Made by a program: the position numbers and the translations under genes. This document shows positions 1 through 9,027 of a stretch of DNA of 33,766 bases, one piece after another. Source of the stretch: an uncultured Pseudomonadales bacterium (GTDB lineage: Bacteria > Patescibacteriota > Microgenomatia > UBA1400 > MFAQ01); the NCBI GenBank assembly GCA_964592455.1, contig CAZQDQ010000002.1:1-33766 (forward strand), written 5' to 3'. Below the pieces are notes generated by a model. It saw nothing but the letters and a program-made list of their open reading frames with translations, ran no database searches and was not told where the DNA came from. How positions within the stretch are numbered: the stretch's first letter is position 1; every line of letters starts with the position of its first letter.

Positions 1-915
1 TACCGACCCAGAAGTGTTTATCGATCCACCAATAACACTATCACCAACCGACTTGGCAACAGGAAATGACTCCCCAGTTATTAAAGACTCATCAATTGCA
101 GTTTCGCCCTCAATAATTTCGCCATCTACAGGAATTTTATCTCCAGGTTTCAAAATGAGGATGTCGCCAATCTTAACTTCAAAAGTGGGAATCATAACCT
201 CTTTTCCATCTCTTTTAATGCGTGCCTGTGGTGGGACCAGGTTAAACAAAGCTTGTAGGGCATCAGTTGTTCCTCGGCGCGACTTCATTTCCATCCAATG
301 CCCAAACAGAACAAATGTTGTCAGCATCGCCGCAGCTTCATAAAACGACTCTTCACTACCCATAAAAGTAAGAACAATACTAAAAACATAAGCGGCAGTA
401 ATCCCGACAGCGATAAGAACAGCCATGTTCAAAGTCTTAGCTAGCAGTGCTTTATAAGTTGAATAAAGAAATATCCAGCCTGAGTAAAAAAAGACAGGAG
501 TTGTTAAAACAAGCATGATCCACGAAGCCGGGAAAGGGGTTGGTAGAGAAAGGCCAAACATGTTTATTCCCATTGGGGAGTAGCCAATGATGGGAAGAGT
601 TAGAAGAAACGAAACGAAAAACTTATTACGGATATCTTCCTCCATCATTTTAGCCATTTCACGTCCTGCCAATCCAGAGTGATCCATACCCATGGACATT
701 GTCATACTCATTTTAAGCTTTTCCCAAAATGTCATCTCTGCAAGCGGCTTCATTGCATGGTGGTCGTGTATATTTTTCTCAGCTTGGTCCAAAGACTGCT
801 CCACAGGAACAAGCTTCATACCACATTTGGGACAGACACCCTCAGTATCTTTGACGACATCCGCATGCATCGGGCAAGTATATTGCTGTTTTGGCCTATG
901 TGTAGAATGATCCAT
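1..915 (-). CDS. copA: Heavy-metal (probably Cu+) P1B-type ATPase, N-terminal 305 codons; the gene continues beyond the left window edge
   Basis: This ORF is not in the supplied track because it has no stop codon in the window. My reverse-strand translation from ATG at 915-913 reads MDHSTHRPKQQYTCPMHADVVKDTEGVCPKCGMKLVP..., which is the YTCPMH...CPKCGM N-terminal metal-binding motif. It then runs through TM helices to ...KIGDILILKPGDKIPVDGEIIEGETAIDESLITGESFPVAKSVGDSVIGGSINTSGS, the P-type ATPase actuator-domain signature. The frame is open over all 305 codons. Confidence 0.85.
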   Translation of the reverse strand, partial: MDHSTHRPKQQYTCPMHADVVKDTEGVCPKCGMKLVPVEQSLDQAEKNIHDHHAMKPLAEMTFWEKLKMSMTMSMGMDHSGLAGREMAKMMEEDIRNKFFVSFLLTLPIIGYSPMGINMFGLSLPTPFPASWIMLVLTTPVFFYSGWIFLYSTYKALLAKTLNMAVLIAVGITAAYVFSIVLTFMGSEESFYEAAAMLTTFVLFGHWMEMKSRRGTTDALQALFNLVPPQARIKRDGKEVMIPTFEVKIGDILILKPGDKIPVDGEIIEGETAIDESLITGESFPVAKSVGDSVIGGSINTSGSV

Positions 916-918
916 GAA

Positions 919-1560
919 TTATTTTTTCCATTCACCAAGCCACTTGCGCATATCGTCAATTTCACTAGTTTGGGCGGTGACAATATCGTCAGCCAATTTT
1001 TTCATCTCAGGGCGGGTTGTCCCATTTTTTAGCATGCTTGCCATCATTACTGCCATTTGGTGATGTGGAATCATATTTTCGATGAATGCAACATCAAAAT
1101 CAGCAGCAGTTTCCAGTCTCAGTTTATCTGCTTCACTTCCCATCATTCCCATATGCATACCACTGCTCCCTCCCATCATACCGTGCTGCTTCATAACCTT
1201 CTCTCCTGTTGGTAGTTCCCGGCCAAACCACTCTTTGTACCACAGTCTCATCTGGGAAATTTCAGCATTTTGAGATGTAATAATGCTTTGTGCAAGTTTT
1301 TTAACCTCTAACTTTTTTGCATTGTTTTCTGCAAGGCGGGACATGGTTATGGCATCTTCGTGGTGTGGGATCATCTGCTCTATAAAATGAGCATCCAAAA
1401 CATCAGACTTGGCAGTTGTTACTGTTCCTAGCCCCAGCATCTGCGTGGCCCATCCGTTTTTACCACCGACAGTTCCAGTAAGCGCAATCCACGTCAGTAC
1501 TGCTCCAATTACTAACCCCGCCATTAGATAAAAGTTTTTGCTGTTATTCATCTTATACAT
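919..1560 (-). CDS. DUF305 family protein (two DUF305 repeats, N-terminal TM/signal anchor)
   Basis: The motifs MIPHHEDAITMS and MIPHHQMAVMMA are duplicated. A Met/Gly-rich linker (GMMGGSSGMHMGMMG) separates them. The stop lies 3 nt upstream of the ATPase start. Confidence 0.85.
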   Translation of the reverse strand: MYKMNNSKNFYLMAGLVIGAVLTWIALTGTVGGKNGWATQMLGLGTVTTAKSDVLDAHFIEQMIPHHEDAITMSRLAENNAKKLEVKKLAQSIITSQNAEISQMRLWYKEWFGRELPTGEKVMKQHGMMGGSSGMHMGMMGSEADKLRLETAADFDVAFIENMIPHHQMAVMMASMLKNGTTRPEMKKLADDIVTAQTSEIDDMRKWLGEWKK

Positions 1561-1606
1561 TAATAGTACAACAACTAATTAGTGTGTTTCCTAAAACCCC
1601 TTTTTA

Positions 1607-1807
1607 TTAATGTTTATGGTTGTCATTTTTCATCATAAAAATATGCAATAGGGGACAGGCAAGAAAAGTAGCTCCTAACACTAGAGTACTTATCGGAACT
1701 TTATATACAGCAATAAAAACAAACAAAAGTACACCTACAGCAAGGCAAATCCCAATCCATTTCATAAAATTACTTTTAGAGTTAGGCTTTGTAAAACTCA
1801 AATTCAC
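1607..1807 (-). CDS. DUF2933-like small membrane protein
   Basis: The 66-aa protein has two TM segments. Its C-terminal LACPLLHIFMMKNDNHKH resembles the DUF2933 ACPLMHLFMH motif. It sits in a metal-resistance context. Confidence 0.65.
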   Translation of the reverse strand: MNLSFTKPNSKSNFMKWIGICLAVGVLLFVFIAVYKVPISTLVLGATFLACPLLHIFMMKNDNHKH

Positions 1808-1843
1808 AATGCCTAGTATAAAAAAGACACCATGAAGAAATTA

Positions 1844-3250
1844 TTAAGATTTCGTTTTAGCAAGAGGAAAAACAACAGTCATAGTTGTACCATGATTCGG
1901 CTTACTGCTTACCTTAATGTCACCTTGGTGTGCTTTAATAATTCCTTGGGCGATAGATAGACCTAATCCAGAACCAGTGGTGCGGGTAGCTTTTGATCCG
2001 CGGTAAAATCGCTCAAACATATGTTGTTTTTCCTCGGAAGAAATTCCCACTCCAGAATCTTTCACTGCAAAAAAAGCATGCTGTCTACTTTTCTTTAGTA
2101 AAACTGCAACAGACTTTCCCGGTGGGGTATATTTAATCGCATTGTCAACAATATTAAGAAGTGCCCGAAAAATTTTATCTTCCACCCCTTCAATCACGAC
2201 ACCAGTTGCGATACTAGTAGAAACTGATACCTTCTTTTCCGTAGCCAGTTTCTCTGCTATTTCTTGCAAGTCATAAGCAACACGCGACAGATCAAGAGGT
2301 CTTTTCATAGCGTTAGCATTTTCGGCACCAATCCAGGCTAAATCCAAAATATTTTTAACAGTTTGGGACAAACGGTTTACATCAACCAAGGTGTCAGTAA
2401 ACGCTTTTTTATAATCTTCATTTGTTCGTGCTTTTGCCAGTGTTACCTCAATACTGCTTTTAAGTGTTGCCAGTGGAGTTTTAAGCTCATGCGCCATGTC
2501 GCCAATAAACTGCCTCTCACGCGCAAAAGCCTCGTGCAAGTGATCCAAAAGACCATTAAAAGTTTGCGAAAGCTCTTCAAGTTCATCACCTGTTTTGGGG
2601 TTTGGCACTCGTTCATCGAGATTCTCTGCGCTAATTTTCTTAAGCTGGCGTGACATCGCCGCCACAGGGTTCATAGCTTTTCCGGCAAGCATAAATCCTC
2701 CAAGTAAACTAAGAAAAAACATTCCCGCATAAACAACCGCCAATGCAATAGCCAGCGCGTTTAGAGAGTCCTGAATAACATCCATCGGCTGGCCCATAAT
2801 AACAAGCGCTTTACCGCCATCACTTCGTATCGTCGAGAAGACACCAAATCTAATCTTATTTACCCCAACAGTGCGGTTCACAAAAATTGGCCCCATGATA
2901 CTGGCAGATCTCTCGAGCAGTTCCTGGGCAACACTTTCATTCTCCCCTAAGCTATGTGACGAATAAAGTATCTTGCCATAAGGGTCACCAATAATAAGAA
3001 TCATGCCCGGCATTTCCGCAAACTGTTTAGCAAATATCTGACTATTTTTTACAAAGTCCATGGAATAGTCATCACGAGAGGCGATAATATCAACAATATG
3101 CTCAGTATGGGATGTTATTGCCGCGTCAGTATGGGAGAGCAAAGATTGCTGTGTTAAAAAATAAAAGGAAACAAACAAAAAAGCCATAGCAAACAAAAAA
3201 ATAGAAGTGTACCAGGCACTTACTCTAAACCTTAAGCTTTTTGTGTTCAT
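1844..3250 (-). CDS. Sensor histidine kinase (two TM segments, HAMP, HisKA, HATPase_c)
   Basis: H-box FIGDMAHELKTPLATL, N-box NIVDNAIKYTP, G-boxes VKDSGVGIS and GSGLGLSIAQ. There is a 4-nt ATGA overlap with the upstream response regulator. Confidence 0.92.
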   Translation of the reverse strand: MNTKSLRFRVSAWYTSIFLFAMAFLFVSFYFLTQQSLLSHTDAAITSHTEHIVDIIASRDDYSMDFVKNSQIFAKQFAEMPGMILIIGDPYGKILYSSHSLGENESVAQELLERSASIMGPIFVNRTVGVNKIRFGVFSTIRSDGGKALVIMGQPMDVIQDSLNALAIALAVVYAGMFFLSLLGGFMLAGKAMNPVAAMSRQLKKISAENLDERVPNPKTGDELEELSQTFNGLLDHLHEAFARERQFIGDMAHELKTPLATLKSSIEVTLAKARTNEDYKKAFTDTLVDVNRLSQTVKNILDLAWIGAENANAMKRPLDLSRVAYDLQEIAEKLATEKKVSVSTSIATGVVIEGVEDKIFRALLNIVDNAIKYTPPGKSVAVLLKKSRQHAFFAVKDSGVGISSEEKQHMFERFYRGSKATRTTGSGLGLSIAQGIIKAHQGDIKVSSKPNHGTTMTVVFPLAKTKS

Positions 3251-3921
3251 ACTTCACTGCCTATTCTAAAGCCGACTCCATGAATGGTTTCGATGACCTT
3301 CTTTTCACCTTTAACCTCTACTTTTTTGCGCAGTGAAGCGACAAATACGTCCACCACATTACTCATACCATCAAAATTATAGTCCCAAACATGCTCAGTG
3401 ATCATTGTGCGGGTCACTACCTCCCCCTTGTGGCGAAGTAAAATCTCCAAAATAGCAAACTCTTTTGGTGTCAGTTTAATAGGTAACCCATTTCTAGTAA
3501 CAGAATGTTTAAGAGGATCAAGTACCAGATCATCAATGGACAGTACCAAAGATGGCTCTTTGTGACTTCTCCTTATCAGTGCATGAACACGTGACCGGAA
3601 TTCAACAAAAGAGAAAGGCTTAGTCAGATAATCATCAGCTCCACTATCAAGTCCAGCCACCTTGTCATCGGTCGAAGACTTGGCTGTAAGCATTAAGATG
3701 GGGGTTTTAATGTTTTTAACACGAATATTCCTGCAGAGAGTTAGTCCGTCGACTTTAGGCAGCATAATATCAAGAACAATGAGGTCATATTGCTCACTTT
3801 CCGCCAAAAATTGGCCTTCTTCGCCGTCAAAAGCCTGGTCAACCACAAACCCATCCTCAGCAAAACCTTTCTTAATAATGTTCGAAAGTCGGCGCTCATC
3901 ATCAATCACTAAGATTCTCAT
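3247..3921 (-). CDS. OmpR-family response regulator
   Basis: The receiver domain shows MRILVIDDE...DLIVLDIMLPKVDG...LMLTAKS. The C-terminal winged helix shows ...LTPKEFAILEILL...IETIHGVGFRI. Confidence 0.93.
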   Translation of the reverse strand: MRILVIDDERRLSNIIKKGFAEDGFVVDQAFDGEEGQFLAESEQYDLIVLDIMLPKVDGLTLCRNIRVKNIKTPILMLTAKSSTDDKVAGLDSGADDYLTKPFSFVEFRSRVHALIRRSHKEPSLVLSIDDLVLDPLKHSVTRNGLPIKLTPKEFAILEILLRHKGEVVTRTMITEHVWDYNFDGMSNVVDVFVASLRKKVEVKGEKKVIETIHGVGFRIGSEV

Positions 3922-3956
3922 TGCCCCTATTATATTAAAAAATCATGAAGAAAACA

Positions 3957-4448
3957 TTAAGTTTTAGAAAAATGTTTTTTAGCCCCATCAAGCATTTGCC
4001 GAACACACCATCTGGCATACCAATCGCCAAGAAGTATTCCTAGCCACTTATTTTTTTTGGGCCTATCGTAATCGATAGAAACTCGGAATAATGAATTTTG
4101 TGCCTGGGGAAAAATTTCAACTTTCATAACGTAATCACCAACAACCAAGAGATTGCGCACTTTTACCGTTTTCCACGACTTAATACTTGGTTTTTTGTGT
4201 TCGGTAACCACCTCATCAATAAACATTGGAATCCCGAAAATGGAACCATCCAAAAAGATATGCGATCCAACTTCTTTCCCTAGCTTGTTATCTGTTGAAA
4301 CATTCATTTTGCTACCCATCATCATCCAAGATGATCTGCTCATGTGCGAGGAAAAAAGAACGTGATCGTCAACATAATCAAACACGTGTTCTGGTAAGGC
4401 TGGCAAAACAATGCTGTTGTGGTAATGATTCATAGTCAACTCATACAC
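3957..4448 (-). CDS. SRPBCC (START/polyketide-cyclase-like) superfamily protein, function unknown
   Basis: The 163-aa size and sequence pattern are typical of SRPBCC proteins (IVLPALPEHVFDYVDD... C-terminal helix WYARWCVRQMLDGAKKHF). This is a weak assignment made by eye. Confidence 0.45.
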   Translation of the reverse strand: MYELTMNHYHNSIVLPALPEHVFDYVDDHVLFSSHMSRSSWMMMGSKMNVSTDNKLGKEVGSHIFLDGSIFGIPMFIDEVVTEHKKPSIKSWKTVKVRNLLVVGDYVMKVEIFPQAQNSLFRVSIDYDRPKKNKWLGILLGDWYARWCVRQMLDGAKKHFSKT

Positions 4449-4478
4449 TAACCTTTTCCATTTTACATCTCGTTCGGT

Positions 4479-5423
4479 TTAAACTCCGCACCCACCTCCG
4501 CCTTTTGATGGTTGTTGAATTAACCCTTTCTCTATTAACCACTTCTTAATATTTTGTGCCCCAGAAGCTGATGAGTATTCACGGCTGAGTGCTGTCTTAG
4601 CATCCAAATCTTTAAATGAGACGCCATCCTTGTTCTTAAAGTAGAGAGCCAGATCATAATAATTACCAGGAAACCAAAAGGCGTTAAAGTATTTGCCAGC
4701 CTCGTACATCTCTTTTTCTGTTGCCCCATTTGCAGCCATAAGCTGCATCACAGCCAAAAGTGCCATTCCATGATTACAATCTGGAAAGGCTGTTGAGTTG
4801 TTGCAGCAAGGGCGGAAAATATTGGATGTTACCTCATAAACCAAAGCTTCCTGTTCGCGGGTCAGAGGAATAAGTGATACCTTAGAGTAGTAGTTCATAG
4901 CGTCCCCTTTTGCAAGTGTCCATCCACCAGTTGAAGCAAAGTTGCCCGCACCCTTCTTGCCACCATATTTCACCATCTCCCCCTCATCAAGGATTGGTGA
5001 CTTGTTAGCAAGCCCCATTGCCCAGAAAAAATTGAGCAGAAAATAGGAATTATCGCGGTTGATTGTAATTCTTTGGCTAGATCCCTTCTCCAAAATCTCA
5101 ACTTGCTCATCGGTTAGTGGCTGGTTCGATTTTTCATATGTATCTTTAAATTTAGCGGCATCGATTACGCCCAAGTTAATCATTTTTGGTCCTAGGTTGC
5201 TGTAGCTTGCATTAATACTAAAACCTAGAGAGGGGTTAATTTCGTCAAAAAGATTGTCCTGCTCAGCTGTACTGACAACTGTGTTACTATCACCAGATTT
5301 AGAATTAGACGTTGTCTTGCTTTCTCTAATCTTTGTAATTTTCGGGAAAAGAAGAAAAGCTGTCAAAAAAATACTAGCAGCAAGGCTAACAAAAAGAATT
5401 GGAAAAAACTTACTTATTTTCAT
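4479..5423 (-). CDS. Hypothetical membrane-anchored protein with Cys/His-rich motif
   Basis: 314-aa ORF with an N-terminal TM anchor. It carries the motif RPCCNNSTAFPDCNHGMALL and the C-terminal tail GGGGCGV. I recognise no family. Confidence 0.7.
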   Translation of the reverse strand: MKISKFFPILFVSLAASIFLTAFLLFPKITKIRESKTTSNSKSGDSNTVVSTAEQDNLFDEINPSLGFSINASYSNLGPKMINLGVIDAAKFKDTYEKSNQPLTDEQVEILEKGSSQRITINRDNSYFLLNFFWAMGLANKSPILDEGEMVKYGGKKGAGNFASTGGWTLAKGDAMNYYSKVSLIPLTREQEALVYEVTSNIFRPCCNNSTAFPDCNHGMALLAVMQLMAANGATEKEMYEAGKYFNAFWFPGNYYDLALYFKNKDGVSFKDLDAKTALSREYSSASGAQNIKKWLIEKGLIQQPSKGGGGCGV

Positions 5424-5541
5424 TGTTTTTCAAAATTGGCGCTATTAAACATATTGTACTGTCAAAAAATTAAGATTTTGTGAAGATAGTAAGCCGCAAA
5501 AAAGCCAAGCAAAGTCAACTTGCTACACCACTTCCTACACA

Positions 5542-5985
5542 CTATTTATCCTTCGTTTTCTTTCTAGAAGTTTTAGTTTTTTCCTCGCTCTCTTTGGGAA
5601 TCATTAGTTCAGTTAGTTTGTCAACTTTTTCGTTTAGTTTCGCTATTTCATCTTTAAGCAGAAGAATATTTCTGTTATCCCTTTCTTCTCTCGTTTCAAT
5701 TGGGCTACCATCACGGTCAAACCTTCTTACTCTTGTATTGTCCGTCGAGCGGTTTTGGTGTTGAGGCCTTGGACCATTTTTAGCTTCAAAACAATCACTA
5801 CAAAGCACCGGCCTAGACCCAGTAGGCCTAAAAGGTACTTCACAGTCCTTTCCACACTCATCACAAACTGCTCTAAAAGTTTCCCTTGGGCGATCATAAC
5901 CTCTATTTCCACCACCATATCCACCTCTATAACTATTGTTTCCTCTATCTCCTCCAAAGCCACCCCCTCGGTTAAAATTTTTCAT
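5542..5985 (-). CDS. RGG/RG-rich protein with CxxC-x17-CxxC zinc-ribbon and Lys/Glu-rich coiled C-terminus
   Basis: I placed the start at the internal ATG (MKNFNRGGGFGGDRGNNSYRGGYGGGNRGYDRPR...), because the longer track ORF would overlap the upstream methyltransferase. The zinc ribbon reads CDEC-GKDCEVPFRPTGSRPVL-CSDC, which is exactly 17 residues between the CxxC pairs. An extended -10 box TGcTATAAT lies 7 nt upstream of this ATG. Confidence 0.75.
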   Translation of the reverse strand: MKNFNRGGGFGGDRGNNSYRGGYGGGNRGYDRPRETFRAVCDECGKDCEVPFRPTGSRPVLCSDCFEAKNGPRPQHQNRSTDNTRVRRFDRDGSPIETREERDNRNILLLKDEIAKLNEKVDKLTELMIPKESEEKTKTSRKKTKDK

Positions 5986-6007
5986 ATCCCATATTATAGC
6001 ACACAAC

Positions 6008-6811
6008 CTACTTCCTTGCCACAACAAATCCAGTTGATCTAAAGCTCTCCAACTCGTCATCTGTAAAGCCAAAGTCTTCTTTCCACTTATTTTTTAAATA
6101 GGGTATTGTCGACGATCTTTGAAAAACAACCCGCATACCTAAAAGCTCAAATATCTTGTCGTAAGTCTCAAAGTTCACTGGTAAATAGTTCTCAGTCAAC
6201 TCACGTTCCCAGTTTTCTCTATACATGTACTTCAAAAGAAAGTGGTTTGCGTCTTTCACTCTGGCTATTTTTCCATACCTCTTCTCAAAGTCAAAAACCA
6301 GGTCATGAATATCACTTTTGCTTCTAATTTTTTCTTTTATTGTTTCCATCCACAAGTCAGACTCCTCAGCGTATTGATATGTAATCATGTCGCGAATTAC
6401 TACTCTTCCGCCAGCTTTAAGTATTTCATGGCTGTCAGCCAACGCCTTAACAACGGTACTTATACCTTCACCATATGTAAAAAACTCATGCAAAACAGAG
6501 CAAAATAACACCAAGTCAAAACGTTCTGGCTCAGCAAGTAACTCTCTAAGGTATATTTTTTTAAACAAAACATTTTTTCTGTCCTTTACTTTGCTATTAG
6601 CCAAGTCAACAAAACCTTGGTCCAGGTCAATTCCTAAAAAGTTTATATTCGGATACAAATCTGCCAGAGCCAGTGTCACTGTTCCGTCTGCGCAGCCAAT
6701 ATCAAGCACATCCGTTGTACCTTCTGGAATATACTTAGCCACTTTTAGTTTTTCTTGTAACGGCTTACTCATTCTTTCTAAATAGATTTGAGTATTCTGA
6801 ATATCGCTCAT
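6008..6811 (-). CDS. Class I SAM-dependent methyltransferase
   Basis: Motif I is VLDIGCADGTVT. The acidic loop GIDLD and the post-I/II pattern LVLFCSVLHEF...LKAGGRVVIRD are also present. Confidence 0.85.
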   Translation of the reverse strand: MSDIQNTQIYLERMSKPLQEKLKVAKYIPEGTTDVLDIGCADGTVTLALADLYPNINFLGIDLDQGFVDLANSKVKDRKNVLFKKIYLRELLAEPERFDLVLFCSVLHEFFTYGEGISTVVKALADSHEILKAGGRVVIRDMITYQYAEESDLWMETIKEKIRSKSDIHDLVFDFEKRYGKIARVKDANHFLLKYMYRENWERELTENYLPVNFETYDKIFELLGMRVVFQRSSTIPYLKNKWKEDFGFTDDELESFRSTGFVVARK

Positions 6812-6812
6812 T

Positions 6813-7583
6813 TTATTTTTTAACTGCTAATATAGCCATAAACATTGGAAATTCTTCCCTGGCTCTGTTTTCTTGTTTGGCATTTTTGCCTGCACTAGTC
6901 TTGTCCGACGTCCATTCTTCTATTTTTTCTATTAAAAATCCAGCCTTCAATAAAAAACTCGAGTAATCTTCCAAGGGGTGGTGGTAAGACCAGGTAACGG
7001 GGGAATTTTCCTTACCAGGGTGGGCGTTGATTGGTATCTCAAGTTGTGACATATATCTATTCACTCTTCTGTATTGCAGCTTGTTATTTTTGTCCTCTTC
7101 CCAAGAACTTTGTCGAGGGATTCTAAAAGCGGGGTGGTTAAGAACTATAAGCAACTTAGCTCCACTTTCAAGTCTCTCTGAGACATTTTTAAGTGTTTTC
7201 TCCGACTCTTTAATATTTTGAAGTGCCAAAATAATTGTAGCTCTGTCAAAAAACTCCTTGGTTGGTATATTTTTAGTTACGTCAGCAACAACATACTTAT
7301 GTTTACTATTTTTTTCACGTCTTTTTGCTTCTGCGATTAACGCTTCAGCTTTATCAACCCCCAAATACTCTACCTGCTGGTCTATATTTCTTGCCAATAC
7401 TCCTTGCCCACAAGCAATGTCTATTAATTTAGAATCTTTTTTAAGCTCTAGGAGCTTAAGAGATTTTGGTATTACCAAGCTCTGATGAAAAAAATGCCCT
7501 TTATCACCCACCAGGCCGCCATACCATTTACTCACTTTTTGCCACGAGGTCTCTTTCCTTCTCTGCATACTATATTTTCGCAC
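6813..7583 (-). CDS. Class I SAM-dependent methyltransferase
   Basis: Motif I is LIDIACGQGVLA, followed by YLGVDKAE and a Rossmann-like pattern. The start is uncertain, either GTG at 7583 or ATG at 7568. The stop lies 1 nt from the next gene's start. Confidence 0.8.
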   Translation of the reverse strand: MRKYSMQRRKETSWQKVSKWYGGLVGDKGHFFHQSLVIPKSLKLLELKKDSKLIDIACGQGVLARNIDQQVEYLGVDKAEALIAEAKRREKNSKHKYVVADVTKNIPTKEFFDRATIILALQNIKESEKTLKNVSERLESGAKLLIVLNHPAFRIPRQSSWEEDKNNKLQYRRVNRYMSQLEIPINAHPGKENSPVTWSYHHPLEDYSSFLLKAGFLIEKIEEWTSDKTSAGKNAKQENRAREEFPMFMAILAVKK

Positions 7584-7599
7584 ATATTCACTCTACTCC

Positions 7600-7628
7600 T
7601 TGACTATCTTTCATAGCTAGTTTAAATT
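7600..7628 (+). promoter_or_regulatory. Candidate sigma70-type promoter for rarA
   Basis: TTGACT (7600-7605), a 17-nt spacer, then TAAATT (7623-7628). It lies 28 nt upstream of the ATG. Confidence 0.4.
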
Positions 7629-7656
7629 ATATTTACCCAAACAAAAACCGAAATTT

Positions 7657-8856
7657 ATGACCAAAACCGAACCTTTAGCCAGTCAAATTCGCCCTAAAAA
7701 CCTTAGCGAATATATTGGTCAAGAGCATCTAGTGGGAGAAGGTAAACCTCTGCGTCTCGCTACCGAAAACAAGCTCATCTTTTCTTTCCTTTTATGGGGG
7801 CCACCAGGGACAGGTAAAACTACCATTGCTCGCATTTACGCCGAAAGTATCGAAGCAGACTTTTACGAACTCTCAGCAGTTTCCGCCGGCAAAGACGATA
7901 TTAGGAAAATTATTAGTCAAAAGACAGACAAGCCTAAGGTGCTTTTTTTGGACGAAATCCATCGTTTCAATAAAGGTCAGCAAGATTTCCTCCTTCCCTT
8001 TGTTGAGTCCGGTCAAATCACTCTCATCGGTGCTACCACTGAAAACCCTAGCTTCGAGGTTATAGCTCCTCTTTTATCTCGATGCCGGGTTTTTGTTCTC
8101 AAGGAGCTTTCCCCAGAAAATATTTCTCAAATCATCGACCGTGCCACCGCCGTCATTGCGAGCAAAGCGAAACAATCTATGCAAATGGATTCCGATGTCA
8201 AAGAATGGCTTTCCGAGTTTGCCAATGGCGACGCTCGCCAGGCCATTGGCCTCATCGAATCAACTTACAATCTTTACAGAGATCTAACCATCGAAAACTT
8301 CAAAAACGCTATCCAAAACAAATTTTTAAGATTCGATAAAAAAGGCGAGGAACACTACAACCTTATCAGCGCTTTTATAAAATCAATGAGAGCTAGTAAC
8401 AAAGATGCGGCTATCTACTACCTTGCCCGTCTTATCGACAGCGGTGAAGACCCTCTATTTATTGCCAGGCGTATGGTCATTTTTGCTAGTGAAGACGTTG
8501 GTCTTGCTCAACCTACAGCACTTGTCGTTGCCAACGCTGTTTTTCAGGCTTGCCAACAAATAGGCTACCCCGAATGTGCCATAAATCTAGCCCACGGAAC
8601 AGCCTACTTAGCAGGCTGTGCCAAAAATAGATCTAGTTACGACGCTCTAAAGTCTGCTCAAGCAGACATCCATAAGACTGGCAACTTACCAATTCCTCTA
8701 GAGCTTCGCAATGCTCCCACTAAACTCATGCAGCGCCTAGGCTACGGCAAAGATTATGACCTGCCCGCAGATGCTACGCCTCAGGCGTTGCAGGCGGGAA
8801 TGTATTCAGAAAAATCCCTCCTCCCAGATAAACTCAAAAACAAAAAATATTTTTAA
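7657..8856 (+). CDS. rarA: Replication-associated recombination protein A (AAA+ ATPase, MgsA/RarA)
   Basis: Walker A is GPPGTGKTT and Walker B is VLFLDEIHRF. The MgsA C-terminal signature YYLARLIDSGEDPLFIARRMVIFASEDVGLA is present. Confidence 0.93.
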   Translation: MTKTEPLASQIRPKNLSEYIGQEHLVGEGKPLRLATENKLIFSFLLWGPPGTGKTTIARIYAESIEADFYELSAVSAGKDDIRKIISQKTDKPKVLFLDEIHRFNKGQQDFLLPFVESGQITLIGATTENPSFEVIAPLLSRCRVFVLKELSPENISQIIDRATAVIASKAKQSMQMDSDVKEWLSEFANGDARQAIGLIESTYNLYRDLTIENFKNAIQNKFLRFDKKGEEHYNLISAFIKSMRASNKDAAIYYLARLIDSGEDPLFIARRMVIFASEDVGLAQPTALVVANAVFQACQQIGYPECAINLAHGTAYLAGCAKNRSSYDALKSAQADIHKTGNLPIPLELRNAPTKLMQRLGYGKDYDLPADATPQALQAGMYSEKSLLPDKLKNKKYF

Positions 8857-9001
8857 TCCTACAATTTCAATTTTCCTAACCTACATCCTTGCTCCACTAG
8901 TAAGGCTTCGGTTCCTGCAACCATTTTTATCTGTCCACTAATGCTACTTGCTGTATGGTACAGTAGCAGATCAAACATAAACAGGTTGTCTATCGACATT
9001 G

Positions 9002-9027
9002 CCCACACATAAGCGTGTGGGTTTTTT
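9002..9027 (+). terminator. Intrinsic terminator
   Basis: Stem CCCACAC, loop ATAAGC, stem GTGTGGG, followed by TTTTTT. It lies 146 nt downstream of the rarA stop. Confidence 0.7.

Noticed and set aside
14-1032. Plus-strand track ORFs 14..343, 679..1032 and 692..910
   Set aside because: They are antisense to a fully open minus-strand frame that encodes unmistakable P-type ATPase motifs. Their translations are low-complexity with no recognisable features.
5986-6072. N-terminal 29-codon extension of track ORF 5542..6072
   Set aside because: The extension overlaps the 3' end of the upstream methyltransferase gene. The internal ATG at 5985 starts exactly at the RGG box and is preceded by an extended -10 element.
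8756-8941. 61-aa plus-strand ORF overlapping the rarA 3' end and extending into the intergenic region
   Set aside because: It overlaps rarA in another frame. It has no start signals and an Arg/Cys-rich low-complexity translation.
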